Shown here one piece after another: positions 12,689-25,270 of a stretch of DNA of 64,000 nucleotides (positions are counted from its first letter, which is position 1; the number at the start of each line of letters is the position of its first letter). The notes below the pieces were generated by a model. The model made no database searches. It was given only the letters and a program-made list of their open reading frames with translations, and had not been told where the DNA came from. The position numbers were made by a program, and so were the translations under genes. Origin of the DNA: Podarcis tiliguerta. Lineage: Eukaryota. Location of the stretch: NCBI GenBank assembly GCA_965153285.1, contig OZ229115.1, one strand, 5' to 3'.

Positions 12689-13189
12689 CTGGGGGTGCAA
12701 GAGAAGACAGTGACTCAAAAAGGCTCTCTCCAACCAAGCAGCTATGGAGCTATTTCAACATCACCCTCAGAGCTGAGTTGCAGTTGCCTTGAACATCAGA
12801 AGAAGCCAGTAGACTATTGTCCTCCAGTAGCCAACACAGGACTGGAAACTGAAGGCTGTTCCATCATTTGTCCTTCCCTGCAGGGAAGTGGATGTTGGTG
12901 CTCATATCTTCTCTTTCCCCACTTCAGATTCCATTTGTCCAGGCAACCAGAAGAAGTCTATCTGCTGATTTCTCCCTTTGGTTAAGGCAAGTGGAAGCTG
13001 TGGCTGTGATCTGGTCCCAGTCCCCACTTCCTTTGGGTTGGGGGAGGTAAGTTCTCTGAGAATCTCCTATATTCTTCCAGTGGTCAAAACAAGTGGTGGG
13101 AAAATGAGTTTCAAACATTTCCTCATGTAAGAGGCTAATGTCTGAATTGGCCCTTCCAGGAGACCAGAGGCCTAGAATAGTCGGGGCTC

Positions 13190-13492
13190 AGATCACATTC
13201 ACACCACACATTATGATACTGCTTTAAACAGTTATGGCTTCCCACAAAGAATATTGGGAGCTGTCGTCTGCTAAGGGTTCTGAGTGTTGTTTGAAGACCC
13301 CTATTCTCCTCACAAAGCTACAATTCCCAGAATGGTTTAACAGTAAATCCTGTTTCACAGGGAATTCTGGGAACTGTATCTCTGTGGGGAGAAATCAGGG
13401 TCTCCTAACAACTCTCCCATAATTCTCTGGGGGAAGCCATGGGTGTCTAAAGTGGTATGATATTGCTTTATATGTATGGTGTGAATGTGGCC
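13190..13492. mobile_element. Palindromic fold-back MITE; related copy at about 8050-8270
   Basis: Arms CACATTCACACCA...ATGGCTTCCC / GGGAAGCCAT...TGGTGTGAATGTG with inner AGCTACAATTCCCAG / CTGGGAACTGTA symmetry. Confidence 0.65.
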
Positions 13493-13526
13493 TGAGAAGC
13501 AACAAAACAGTCCAGGTGCACCTATA

Positions 13527-13778
13527 GAAGAAGAAGAAGAGTTTGGATTTGATATCCCGCCTTTCACTCCCTTTAAGGAGTCTCAAAGCGGCTAACATTC
13601 TCCTTTCCCTTCCTCCCCCACAACAAACACTCTGTGAGGTGAGTGGGGCTGAGAGACTTCAAAGAAGTGTGACTGGCCCAAGGTCACCCAGCAGCTGCAT
13701 GTGGAGGAGTGGAGACGCGAACCCAGTTCCCCAGATTACGAGACTACCGCTCTTAATCACTACACCACACTGGCTCTC
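13527..13778 (-). mobile_element. tRNA-derived CORE SINE (Squam3-like) in RH2 intron 3
   Basis: Near-identical to 6034-6321; (CTT)n tail; possible short CTATA target-site duplication. Confidence 0.88.
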
Positions 13779-14072
13779 TATAAAGTTGTCCCCAATTCGG
13801 AGACCCTTGTGGATATACAAATTCCACTATTACATATTACAAATGACTTGTGATCTTGCCTATTCAAAGTGTGTAGCCTTCCCATTTGTCTCCCTTATAG
13901 AGCCTCCATGAAACCTAGATGCATATATAACAGTGAAGTCATGCCCAGCTATCTCTATGACCGCCCATCAAGGTGGAACCAGCCTGCAGCATCCCTGAGA
14001 CAGTCCAGTGTACACCTCATTGCTCTTGGCCTCTGCCTCCTCATACCTTGAGTGTGGAGGGAGATACACTAC

Positions 14073-14238
14073 CTCTCGGACTTTGCATATGAGCCGCCCA
14101 TAGGAAAAGAAGATGACCACCACGGGGATAACGAAGTGGATGGCAAACATATAGACAACGTAGGACTCATTGTGGTAATCAGGGTTGAGGGTGTAGTAGT
14201 CTGGGCCACAGGAACACTGCATCCCCTCAGGTATATAT
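14073..14238 (-). CDS. RH2: RH2 exon 3 (166 bp)
   Basis: CACAG| acceptor, |GTAGTG donor; encodes [15 protein letters not shown]...LICKVRE with C187 and cone-type P189. Confidence 0.98.
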
Positions 14239-14986
14239 CTGTGAACAACAACAAAAACAAGTCAGTAAAGATGTTTATCTTACACAAAGCCTTTGGATCA
14301 GTACAAGAGTCACTGGCTCAAGTAGAGTTGTTGCCACCAAATTTCACCTATAAGTCAAATTGTCAACTAAATTTGGAGGTTCTTTCTGAGGTGGAACTTC
14401 TGAGGGTTTCAAAGGAAGCACAAAGAATGTAGTTAAAACTAACAACTTTTCTCAGAGCAACTGCACACCTCCCTAAGTAGCCATTAACTAAATTTCAACA
14501 TTAATGTGGAGGCGCTCACTTATCTGCAGCCTCTAAGAAGTTCTGAGGGAAGCAAGAAAGCCTGCAAATTGTTTCAGGATGATTCCACTGATTCCCAGTT
14601 GATAGCATTAACTGAAGTCATTATAATTCCAGAATATCTTTCTGTGAAGTTTCTCCAGCAGTTTCCTGTCTTTGTACTCCCTTCTACATCTCACTTCAAC
14701 AGTTCAGCTAATGCACCAGAGACTCTTGCAGCATTCTATAGTCACTCTCGACCTGGTCTCAGACATGTTCATCCACTATCCTTTAGTGTGAACTTTGAGT
14801 TCCACTTTCAGCACACAGTTCTTTCCAGGCACTTCCATCCAATCCAGAGAAGTCCTGGGCTATATTCATTGTAGGCTAATAAGAGACCACAGTGTTTTTC
14901 TGGAAGATTGCTCACCTGGTGCCTCTCTCCGAGATCAGTTGTGTCTCTAGAATTTTTGGGCAGGAGATGATTTGACAAAGGAGGTA

Positions 14987-15201
14987 CAGTGGTGCCTTGG
15001 GTTAAGAACTTGATTCGTTCCATAGGTCCATTTTTAACCTGAAACTGTTCTTAACCTGAGACACCACTTTGGCTAATGGGGCCTCCCGCTGCCACTGTGT
15101 GATTTCTCTTCTCATCCTGAGGTAAAGTTCTTAACCAGAGGTATTATTTCTGGGTTAGCAGAGTCTGTAACCTGAAGCGTCTGTAACCCGAGGTACCACT
15201 G
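14987..15201. mobile_element. Tc1/pogo(Tigger)-type MITE, complete
   Basis: TIRs CAGTGGTGCCTTGGGTTA / TAACCCGAGGTACCACTG flanked by TA on both sides. Confidence 0.85.
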
Positions 15202-17991
15202 TACATCCAGTGATATATAACCACCTCTTGCTTACTCTAAAGCAAGAGTGGGCAACCTTTTTCTGTCAAAAACCACATTCCCTTGAGGGGGATCTGTGGA
15301 GGTCCACATGCTATTGGTAGGTGGAACCAAAACCAGTAGCCGGCAGAGTCAGAACTGAAACAGGTTTAGGGAGCACAGAGGAAAAGAGAGGAGGGAAATT
15401 CCTGTTACGCAGGGGGATTTCATGTAGCCATATGCTACACTGAATTTCACCAGTATAAGTTACATGTGTTTTATCTCTTTCTAGCTAGTGTTGATTTTAA
15501 ACATCTTTGAATGTTTTTAAATGCCTGCTTTTAACTGTTTTTATCAAGATTTTTATGTTTTATTTATAGGGTGGTACAATCAAGTGGTATACAAAAATTT
15601 GCTAAAGAAATAAATTAAATGAAGGGGAAAAATAGAAAAAGAATAGAAAACAGGCAAATCTGATCTAGTCATCAACTGAAAGTCTTATGATTAATTAAAA
15701 TGTCTAGGGAACACTGTCATATTCAAGCAATGACACCACATGCAGGGGTCACCGGTTTTCTTCTCTGGGGGACCCGGTGCCTCCTGCTCCCAGTCTCACA
15801 GGGACAATGCCATGCCATCATGTATATTCACTTGGAAGAAGGCAACAAATGAGCTGAACACATTCACAGTGCTCTTCAAGCCGGCATGTTGCAGTTGGAT
15901 GTATAACATCAGTTTGTTGTGACGCTCGCTGCCTCCCACGGGGAACTATCGATTTAGTCTAATCTCTGCGCAGCTGAGTGCGTGTGGTTGAACTTGTCAG
16001 ATACCTGATCGCATTGTGGCAAGCAGATGAGGAAGGGAACAGAGATTATGTGGGTCCTTGAGGGCACTGTTAACTCTAAGGAGTCTGTAATTTGCAGCTG
16101 CAGAAGGAAGTGGAGCAGGGGAGTATCAAAGTGCCCATTTGCCAGGCCCTTATACCTAAGTAGCACACAGCTAAGTTGTAAATAGAATTATAAACAATGC
16201 TTTGGAAGCAGAGCTGCAGAAGTCTAGTCTTAAGTGTTCACTTGAGCTGCGTGTAACATAGTGAGTAATAATAAGAGAGCATGCTAGAGCATTACTGCAC
16301 TAACATATTAAATACTGATACTTTCCACTTGTACATATGGGAGAAGTCTGTTGACCTGAACACCATGAAAATTACTAAAATACACCAGTATGTCCAGGAC
16401 TGCAGTTAAGATTTACCACCAATGGGGGGGACAAAGAGGCAGTTCCCCCGGGCCAAAAATTCTTAGAGGCACAAAATTTCAACACCCACTGCTGCCTCAA
16501 AACAGCTACGTGCTTCCATCGCTGGGGTCCGTTGAAAATGGCTTCTCCATGGGAACCAAGAAGTGACTTCTCCAGACAACTGAACAACTTCTCTTTTCTT
16601 ATCACTGTGGCTGCAATCTCCTGGGTGGTGCAGATGCCATTAGGCAGATGAACACATGCATATTCTGCCAGGTCCCGCCCACCCCCATCCCGCATGGCCC
16701 TGGGTACTGTCAATCCACGCTAGGCCACTGCAACCAATGGTGAGGTTTTTCGGTAATGGCTACTGATTTTGTGTTTACATATACTAAGGACCAGGAACGG
16801 TCAGATGTAGAAGAAAACTGTTCAGCTTAGATTGGGGGGGGGCACACAAACTGTTGCCTTTTTTCAAAAAGGGCTTGAATTTGTGTTTCTCGAACAGCAG
16901 GCCTCCAATGCCCCATGGCAAACTGCTTTTGAAATGGAGATAAAATTCCAAAAGTGTTTGTGATGCAGCACAAAGGCTCCTGTTCAAAGAAAAAAAAAGT
17001 CAAGCATCTTGCTGGGCACCCCATGGGCTCTGTGGATCTTGGCCATTGTGTGTGAAGAAAAAGATTAGGTGTGTGAGTCACTGCTTTTACTTTGCTGGTG
17101 CAAACCTTGGATTTGGGAAGCTAAATGGAAGCCATGGGGAATATTTCTGTGTTGGAAGGCTGGAAATGGAGATACTGAATAGACAGCCTTCTATGGTCGA
17201 GAAATCCCTTGTCTTTCCATTGAACTGTAAGCAAATACTATGGCAATTCACGATGCCCGGCATGGTGACCCAATGCAGATTATCACCCAGCTCCTTGCCA
17301 TTATTGCTGTTCAGAAATAAATGGCAATTGATTAAGCACCGCATCTGAAAAGCATGACCTCAGCTTCCCTTACTTGCATGAGGAAACCCACAGACTCTAA
17401 GAATGACACAAATGCATAGGGATCTACTGACTGGTTCAAGGCTGTTAAAATGGGACTCACCATCTTTTCGTTAAAGCTAAGGTTAATTTGTAGCAGCTGC
17501 TGGAGTAGAAATAGATGGTCTCTGTGTGCACGTGTGCTTAAAAGAGATGCTGTGTGTGTGCCCGGGCACATGTGCAAGCATGCATGCACAAATGTGCCTC
17601 GGGCACTCCAGAAGAGAAAGCAGCTGTTAAATGGAGCACAGCAGGTGGGACATGGCATTAGACAATTGCATTACAAGCAGCCAGCACTTCCACTAAACTC
17701 TCAGCTTAGTACAGAGAATCTCTCCTCTCCCGGGCGCTTCACCCACTTCACTTAAGGGCTTGGGCTTCTCAGACTAAATAGTGGAAAGTTTAGAAGACTC
17801 CGGGTGACTTGTGAAGACCTCATATAACCAATTTTACAGCATGACTTTGCCCTTATCCACTCAACTCACCCACATTCTCACTGCATGAGTGAGTGGGCCT
17901 GAAATTAGAGAATTAATGGTTCTACTGAGAATGATGCCTCAAACTGAGATGCCTCAGTTGCCTGCCATGAGTGAGACCCCATGGAGATATT

Positions 17992-18197
17992 TAATAATAA
18001 TAATGATTTTACTATTTATCCCCCACTCATCTGGCTGGGTTGCCCCAGCCACTCTGGGTGGCTTCCAACGCATATAAAAACATAATAAAAGTCAAACATT
18101 AAAAACTTCCTGATACAGGGCTGCCTTCAGATATCTTCTAAAAGTTGTGTAGTTCTTTATCTCCTTGACATCTGATGGGAGGGCATTCCATAGGGAG
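17992..18197 (-). mobile_element. L2-clade LINE 3' terminal fragment (same family as 42743-43190)
   Basis: LWNALPSDVKEI...RRYLKAALYQEVF plus (TTA)n tail. Confidence 0.8.
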
Positions 18198-18416
18198 GGA
18201 AATATTTGGAAGTTGATGTCAGAAATTGATAGAATCATCATACAACAGGTCCCCAGATTAATCTGGAACAGGGTGATTTCATCTCTATGATGAACTTTTG
18301 CCAGAATGCATGGAAATGCATTCAAATTTACTCATTCTTACGTGAATATAAGGAAATTGCATATACAGGCTTGTATGTGAAGGCATTCCCAACATTTCTG
18401 TTCAATTCTGCTTCCA

Positions 18417-18541
18417 GCTGCTGCCGTGCCGCCGGAGTATGATTTCTGTTCTCATCCTGAAGCAAAGTTCTTAACCTGAAGCACTATTTCTGGGTTAGCG
18501 GATTCTGTAACCTGAAGCGTATGTAACCCGAGGTACCACTG
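18417..18541. mobile_element. Truncated copy of the same Tc1/pogo MITE
   Basis: Matches the right half of 14987-15201; ends TAACCCGAGGTACCACTG|TA. Confidence 0.75.
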
Positions 18542-18736
18542 TACAGTACTCCAAGTGCCAGCCTTGGTACGTAAATGGGATTGATGCCTATGAAAAGAGA
18601 TCAAGTCTATAGCTGTTCCCATAATTACTTCTTAGCTAGTCAGTTCCTAACTACCGGTAATTGGATTTCAGTATTTAGTCAGTGCAACATAGTACCCCAG
18701 TGTTGTATATAATGCAAAACTATCATTTTTACTTAC

Positions 18737-18905
18737 CTGGACCAACCAAAAAGGGGTGGACATGCACAGGATAGGGACATAACCCAAGTAAAAGCAATGC
18801 CCATCAAGGCATGGGAGGAAGAGAAGCGGAAGTTCCCCATTGGTTTACAGACCACGATATAGCGCTCTATGGCAAGAACAACCAGTGACCAGAGAGCAAC
18901 CTGAC
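18737..18905 (-). CDS. RH2: RH2 exon 2 (169 bp)
   Basis: TGCAG| acceptor and |GTAAG donor; encodes [16 protein letters not shown]...PPLFGWSR with the ERY motif and Q122 (typical of tetrapod RH2; RH1 has E122). Confidence 0.98.
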
Positions 18906-19219
18906 CTGCAAGTAATAAGGGGGAGAGAAAAACACAAAGCAAGGAAATGCAATTAATGTATATAGGTTGGTTGGATGCCCTTTGTGAGGGTTTGCCTAAT
19001 TCAGGTCTTTTTAAGATAGCACAGAAGCATGATGTGCTGGTTTCAGCGAAGGATTGGGAATCAGGAGCCTCGTAGTCTACATTACATCATCTGAGTCCAC
19101 ATTTAATGGAAGATGGTCTGCAAGACCTGTGGTGCACGGCATGGCGATGCAAAAGCTCCTGACAAAATGCCAACAGTGGTATAAGTATTATCATCCTTTG
19201 ATTGTGTACATGAGCATAT

Positions 19220-19790
19220 GGGCCTATTAATCTCTTTATCAAATGTAATCAAAACTCAGGGGATTATCTGAGCCTAGGCTGTGCCTTAAGCCTATTAATG
19301 CCCCCAGCATGTGATTATCCAGTGATAAGTATGCAGGGTTTCATGTTGGAAAGGCAGCTGCCGCTTTTATATCTAGACTGTTCTTTTCACTCTCCATTTG
19401 AAATATAACATGATTCCCCCCCGCCCCCCTGGGATGGTATCTCACTTACAGTGTTGTTTTCCTGTGGACCTAGGACAAGTTTTTGTCTAAAGTGTAAAGT
19501 GTAAAATGATGCTTCACAATTTCCTGTTGCGTCATGAACATGCATGTGCCTTGTTTTGCAATTATTTGAATATACGCACATCCTTTTCATATAATCCTAT
19601 TGGGACCTTATAATCACCATTTGGATTATTCTCTTGATGTAGGGAATGCCTGTCAATGCTCATTTATAAACAACTCATTTATTTCAAAGCAAGAGAAAAT
19701 GTGAGGGTGGGTGCACATCAGGAAATTCTGGGGCAAGTTTGAGGCATTAAACAGAAGTGTAGAATGTGGTCAAAAATTTAGGCTTAGCTG
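19220..19790. promoter_or_regulatory. Candidate photoreceptor enhancer in RH2 intron 1 (K50 homeodomain site cluster)
   Basis: TAATCT 19228, TAATCA 19246, GGATTA 19261, TAAGCC 19287, TGATTA 19312, TAATCC 19592, TAATCA 19611, GGATTA 19623, GGCTTA 19781. Confidence 0.6.
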
Positions 19791-22700
19791 CAGCACTAAA
19801 ATGGGAGCTTTCTCATTTCTTACTAAGGATTTAGTCTGCTCCAGCTCCTCGGCTTCAGCTCTTTTTATTTTGGTTTATCCCTCCTTGTGTGATGAGATGT
19901 CCCACATCTACCGACCAACAAACAAGGCACACCACAACCATTGCCAACTGATAGTGAAGATTTCGCTAGGGTTCTAGCCAACTAAATTACATGAGAAGGT
20001 TGCTTGTTCAGTGGGTGAATAAAGACAACATGCACTGATTCTGCTTTGAAAAGCATTGGGGGAGGCGGGGGGCCCTCAAATCTCAGTTACATTTCTGGGA
20101 CTCGTGAATCTGCTCCAGATTCCAGTTTGGCTACTACAGCACATAGCCAGAAGCGCAACAATTGTGAAAGGGAATTACTTTTGCCTTGGAATCCTGCAGT
20201 ACTGAAAGAGAAAACCCATCTGTGTAGCCAGTAGCAGCCTTGCTATCACCCCTGTTCACTACATGGACAAGGAAGGAGGGCTATCATCAGATGTACTAAA
20301 TGCAGCTCCTAAAGAAGCACATGGAACCCTTTGAAGTTGCACATTTATTATTGCAGAGATTTTTTTTACCCAGCTCAAGCTAGAAACAAGTGACTTTTCT
20401 TTTCTTGATGCTCTTAATGTCACTTCTTTAGTCTCAGAGCTCCTACTGGGTGTCTCTTTGAGCCCATTCTTCATCACAAAAATACTGATAGAAGCCCCAG
20501 GCTATATTATCTTATTTCCCTTTTTCTGTTGTTTTTGGGGATGGTTTGTGCAGGGCATTGAAGATGACTTCTAACTGCTTCGTTATTCTCACAGCACAAC
20601 TAAAGATCCCAATAAACTTTGCCAAACTTGGGCCCAAAAAAGGACTTCAGTAGCACAAGGAAGAGGTGAATCTTCTCTGGCTTGGATTAAACTATTAGCT
20701 GAGAGGACTTCCTGGCTTAACCCTGCTTAGAAGGGCTGCATCCTGGAAAATTGCTGGTGTGACATAAACATCTATCCCCTTCAAGGAACCCTCTTGCCCC
20801 ATGGATCTCCTAATGAGAGAGGGCTTTTATCCCCAAAGCAGCAGTTTTTCCAGGTGCAGTCTTTGAAAGCAGCCGATATGCAAATAGAAGGAAACCCTTA
20901 TCTCCATCTCTTTGCACAGAGACTACTTTCAAAGATTGCAGCTGTGGGGGAAATAGCAAATTCAGATTGGATCTGAAATTAGGTGATCTGTTTCCTGATT
21001 ACAGAGAGAATCATTTAAAGTATTTCCAAACCAAATCAGCATGAACCAGATGGAGCTCTACCATCTTTAGACACAATTAGGTTTGACCCACCAGGAGATC
21101 CAAGATTGGGATCTCCCACAGATTTTTTAAAGAACTAATAGCAGCTGGAGGATGGTGATCTGGTATATTTTTGCCTCCATGCAGATTCCCCAATAAAATT
21201 GCTCCCTTCCCCCAAGCTATTTTTCCTGTGGTGGAAATCATACATGTTTCAAATGTTATTTTTATCCGCGTCTGGGAGTGTTTCTGTCTAAAGAACATGG
21301 AATAAACATTTTGAATACAAATAAATAAGAAAGATGTGGGGTAGCTATGTTTTTTCTCTCAGAGAGCAAATAGCATGTTGGATAGAGGGTGCTGATTTTT
21401 AGTTCAGAAAAACCACATGGAATTGGGTTGCAAGCCTCAATGCCAGTACTGCAGTCCCAATCTGAATGTTCCCACTAGGGAGGTATTCACTTTTTCCAAA
21501 GGTTCACATGAAGCCTTGATCATGGCTCTCTCGTGTCATGTTTAGCTGTGCCCACAGGACTTGTCCCATGGCCTCACCCCATCTTGGAATGTGAGCTCAC
21601 CTGAGAGCACTTGGGCTTCCCTTTGACTCCAGGAAGCAGGAAGATGCTATTGGCAGGTTTTTCAATGGCTCCCATCTGGAGCACCTTGGCTGTGCCTTGA
21701 ATCCATTTGCTCATTCTTCTCTTGCTCTTGCCATGCTTTTCCTTGACTCTCTCTGTACCTTGCCACATCTCTCCCCTGCTCTCTGCCTGTTTACTGTTAG
21801 TTTCCGTCTGTACCTATTATGCTACCTATGTCCTGGCTTTCCCCCTGAAACTCAGTCCCTCTGAAACACACAAAGCATCCTCTTCTCTGACACAGCACCA
21901 ATTTTTCTCCAAATGTCAACTGCCTTATCTCATTCCAAAACCATGATCATGGTTTGGACTGTTTATTTTAAAAAGGCTGGCATGTATAGCTTATCTTAGG
22001 GTATGTCCATGTTAGTTATTTTGTATCGGCTGGTTGTGCTCCAGCTTTGCAGTAATATAGACTTCTTTGCATTGAAATCAGTGAAATTTACAAGTTCCTA
22101 CTCGTAACTAGATGTTTTTGTCTATGTAGAAAACAATTGAAACCTTCCATTTTCAAGCCAAAACTTAGAGAGAATTGTGTGCTCAAGTATTAGCCTTAAT
22201 GTTCTGAAAAAGCAACATATGATTAGCAGGCTGGTGTTTTCCTCTCAGGACCACAGCAAGAAGTGAAGTACATGGCACAGCCCAGCTTGGTCCTGCAATT
22301 GCGCTTCTAAGTGATATAGAGGGAACCCAATGCCAGGAAAAGCCCCCCAGACCATGTGGATTTTAAGGACCGTGTTCTACATGATTGCCTCCAATTCCCA
22401 TAAGGAGCATCATGCAGATGTGCACTGAGTGTTTTCTTTGGCAGTGCAGAGAATAATGCGGCACCAGCTGTGTCCTTTCAGAGCCTCTTTTGGAGATGTG
22501 TCCAGTGGAATAAGAAGTGACATTTTTCATCTATTTGAGCATTAGGCAAAATGTGAGAAATTTGCAGGACATGAGATACTTCTCAAGCAGAGGAAATAAC
22601 AACACTGACTTGATTCATAATCTAGTTAGGGGATAGATTTTCATTTATCAATGGTAAATTTGCCTTCAGTTGAATACCTCCCCATTGCCTACCTGCATCT

Positions 22701-22826
22701 CCAAACATAAAGAATTGTATATATTTTATGGCGTGCACATTGAAAATAAATGTGTGTTTTTATTTTTTGCACGCACACAGGCTTGACATAATAATAATAA
22801 AGATCGTAGAGATTTCCTCACCCTTA

Positions 22827-23015
22827 TAGGGTTGCCACACATCCAGAATTTCCCAGACGGACATGGAATACTGCAGTGTCCAGGCAAAAATTGATAAAAT
22901 GTCTAGGGAGATCGGGATGTACGGCAACCCATGTCATCAGTGTTGTTTTTGCCGATTTTTCTTTTTCAACAACTTTTGTGTCTGTATTTTCACATTTTGA
23001 AATATGGCAACCCTG
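22827..23015. mobile_element. MITE with AGGGTTGCCA terminal inverted repeats
   Basis: TAGGGTTGCCA...TGGCAACCCTG, with an internal additional GGCAACCC. Confidence 0.65.
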
Positions 23016-23919
23016 GTATATGTTAACTATATTAAAACTTGGCTTGGTTTAGCCCTGGAGTGATGTCAGTGTGGTTGAACTAGGCATGGGCTTTGTTCCA
23101 TGTGCCCAAGTAGGAGCTGTTTTATCCCTGAAATATTCATTCCAGAGAACAAGGACCAAAGATTCAGCATTGCTAAGTTTGTGTTCTCTCCAGATGGCAG
23201 AGAAACAACAGAGCACATAGACTCCATAGGGAAATGGTTTCCATAGGGTTATAATGTTCTATTGCAACTTGCAATGCAGAAAAGCAGTTCTTAAATGAAC
23301 TCCAATACGTTTGCTAGAAGAGATACCCAATTCCATCTTATGCTTTTGGAAGCCTGTGGGCTGGAGTCTTCTGTCAGCATATGGCAACATCTCCTACTGC
23401 AAGTTTAGTGCACTGGAATTTATTTGTTGGATCACTTCTCTTTCCATGTGAAACAATAATCTCCTGTCAGTAGGAATGTTTAAGTAAAACATTCCTTGCA
23501 AACAGAAAGGATCTAGGGGGCACAACATTTTCTATTCATTCACTGGAACTGTGCCTTCCTTACTACAGGTGGAATTTCATATTTCCCTGAGGATGTTACA
23601 GACATACACAAACCAGCCTCTACCAGACTTCCATCGTTTGAGACACAACCTACATGGAAACTGTCTCCATGTAGAAAAAATCATGTGTTGATTACCGTCC
23701 ACAATGACTGCACACAGATATGTGTCGCAGTGTGTACAATGCTTTTTAGGTAGGAATTTTGTCAAATGAGCAACCACAAGTCTTTGAATCAGTAGATACA
23801 ATGAATAATGAAATATTTCATTTTTTTTAGTAATTATAGTTGAAGCAAATGAAGGGGGATTCATTTCTTCATGAAGTTGGCCACTGGTTCAAATAAAAAA
23901 ATAATACATAAATGGGTCA

Positions 23920-24250
23920 GGATGGACAAAACTGTCCATTTTGGTTACCTAAGTTTCTCAATCTTAAAATGAATTCGGTTTTCATTTTTGGAGCAATAAG
24001 CTTTTCTTTAAAAAATCTTCATGAAAATTCACAAAGAACTTCTTCTGATAAACACATTTTTGTATGTATTTGACTAATGTACACATTTTTGCAAGCAATT
24101 TCCCCAATATAATTATTTTCACCAATATATGCATTTTATATGCATTTCTCCCTAACATACACATTTTTGTACATTTTGGTTGGTTGGAGAACTGCACCGC
24201 AAAATTCAGAGATGCACAAATTTCAAAGGATAGCTGTGTTTTGGTTAATA
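23920..24250. repeat. AT-rich interspersed repeat family; related copies at about 10270-10560, 31020-31350 and 44140-44540 (inverted)
   Basis: Shared segments such as TGGAGAA(C/T)..CA..GCAAAATT..GAGATG..AAATT.AAAGGAT.GCTGTG and ATGCATTTTT; class not determined. Confidence 0.6.
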
Positions 24251-24557
24251 TATTCAAGATGTCTGATGATAAATGAACCCAACGTAGGCAGCAGAAGCTG
24301 AGCCCGCCATGTCGCTTCTCCCCACCGCTTGGCTAGTCATGTGCCACTGCTTCCTTGCAATGCTTCCATAGCTCATTGCTAAAGCATCTGCAAAAGATCC
24401 TAGGTTCAGTCCCCTGACATCTCCCAGTATGGCAGGGAATTTTGAGTCTGAACCCCCAGAGAACCACTGACAGACAATGAAGACAATACTGAGTTAAGAG
24501 GACCACTCCTTTAACTTGGTACAAAGTAGTGCTCACTACTCCCCTCGTGGATCTTAC

Positions 24558-24918
24558 CTCCCAGTGTTGCAAAGAAGCCCTCAATGGCACAGCCGATGGG
24601 ACCAAATATGAAGTAGCCATTCCAGGCTGTGTAGAAGGTGACCGTGAAGCCAAAGCAGGCCATGAAGAGGTCTGCTACCGCCAGGTTAACCAGGATATAG
24701 TTGAGCGGCTGTCGTAGCTTCTTATGTTTGAAGGTCACAAGGAGGGTGAGGAGGTTGATGGGCAGCCCAGTGGAGATGAGGAAGAAGATGTAGCAGCACA
24801 CCATTTTGTACTTCCAGGGCTCCGCTAGGTAATACTGGGGATATTCAAAGGGGCTCCGCACCAGCCCTGTCTTATTGGAAAGAGGCACATAAAAATTGAT
24901 ACCTTCTGTTCCATTCAT
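24558..24918 (-). CDS. RH2: Green-sensitive cone opsin RH2, exon 1 (361 bp)
   Basis: Translates [35 protein letters not shown]...C110-A-I-E113-GFFATLG; ends at G|GTAAG donor; 361 bp matches the conserved RH1/RH2 exon 1 size. Confidence 0.98.
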
Positions 24919-25131
24919 GATTCACTTATTTAATCAACTACTTCTTTTGGTTTTGGGGTTGTCTTTTTTGTTTTGTTTTTAAGTCAAATCGATTTGGGGT
25001 TCCCGCCCCCGAACTTTGATTATTTTTCTACGAACTCTAAAAAAAATAGCAAATCCCCTAAGGGAATGCAGGGCTGGTGCGTCTGCCGTCATCTATGTCC
25101 CGGGGCTGGCGCAGCCAGGATCCAAAGGGGG

Positions 25132-25270
25132 TTTTTATACCCTCTGCCCAGTCCTGTTGGAGGGAGAGGAAGGAGCGGGGAGGGGAGAGGAGGATTAGGG
25201 TCTAGGCTAACTTTATATGACAAGGGCAATGGGATTGAGAGGGGCTGATGCTTTAAGTACCCTCTAAGCA
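25132..25270 (-). promoter_or_regulatory. RH2 proximal promoter: TATA box and CRX-type sites
   Basis: TATAAAAA on minus strand at 25139-25132; TAATCC at 25197-25192; CAATCC variant near 25237-25232; TAAGC at 25265-25269. About 215 nt upstream of the ATG. Confidence 0.75.

Noticed and set aside
11789-24918. Calling the opsin rod rhodopsin (RH1/RHO)
   Set aside because: Q122, P189, S222, 355-aa length, N-terminal [14 protein letters not shown] and linkage to MLN all indicate RH2.
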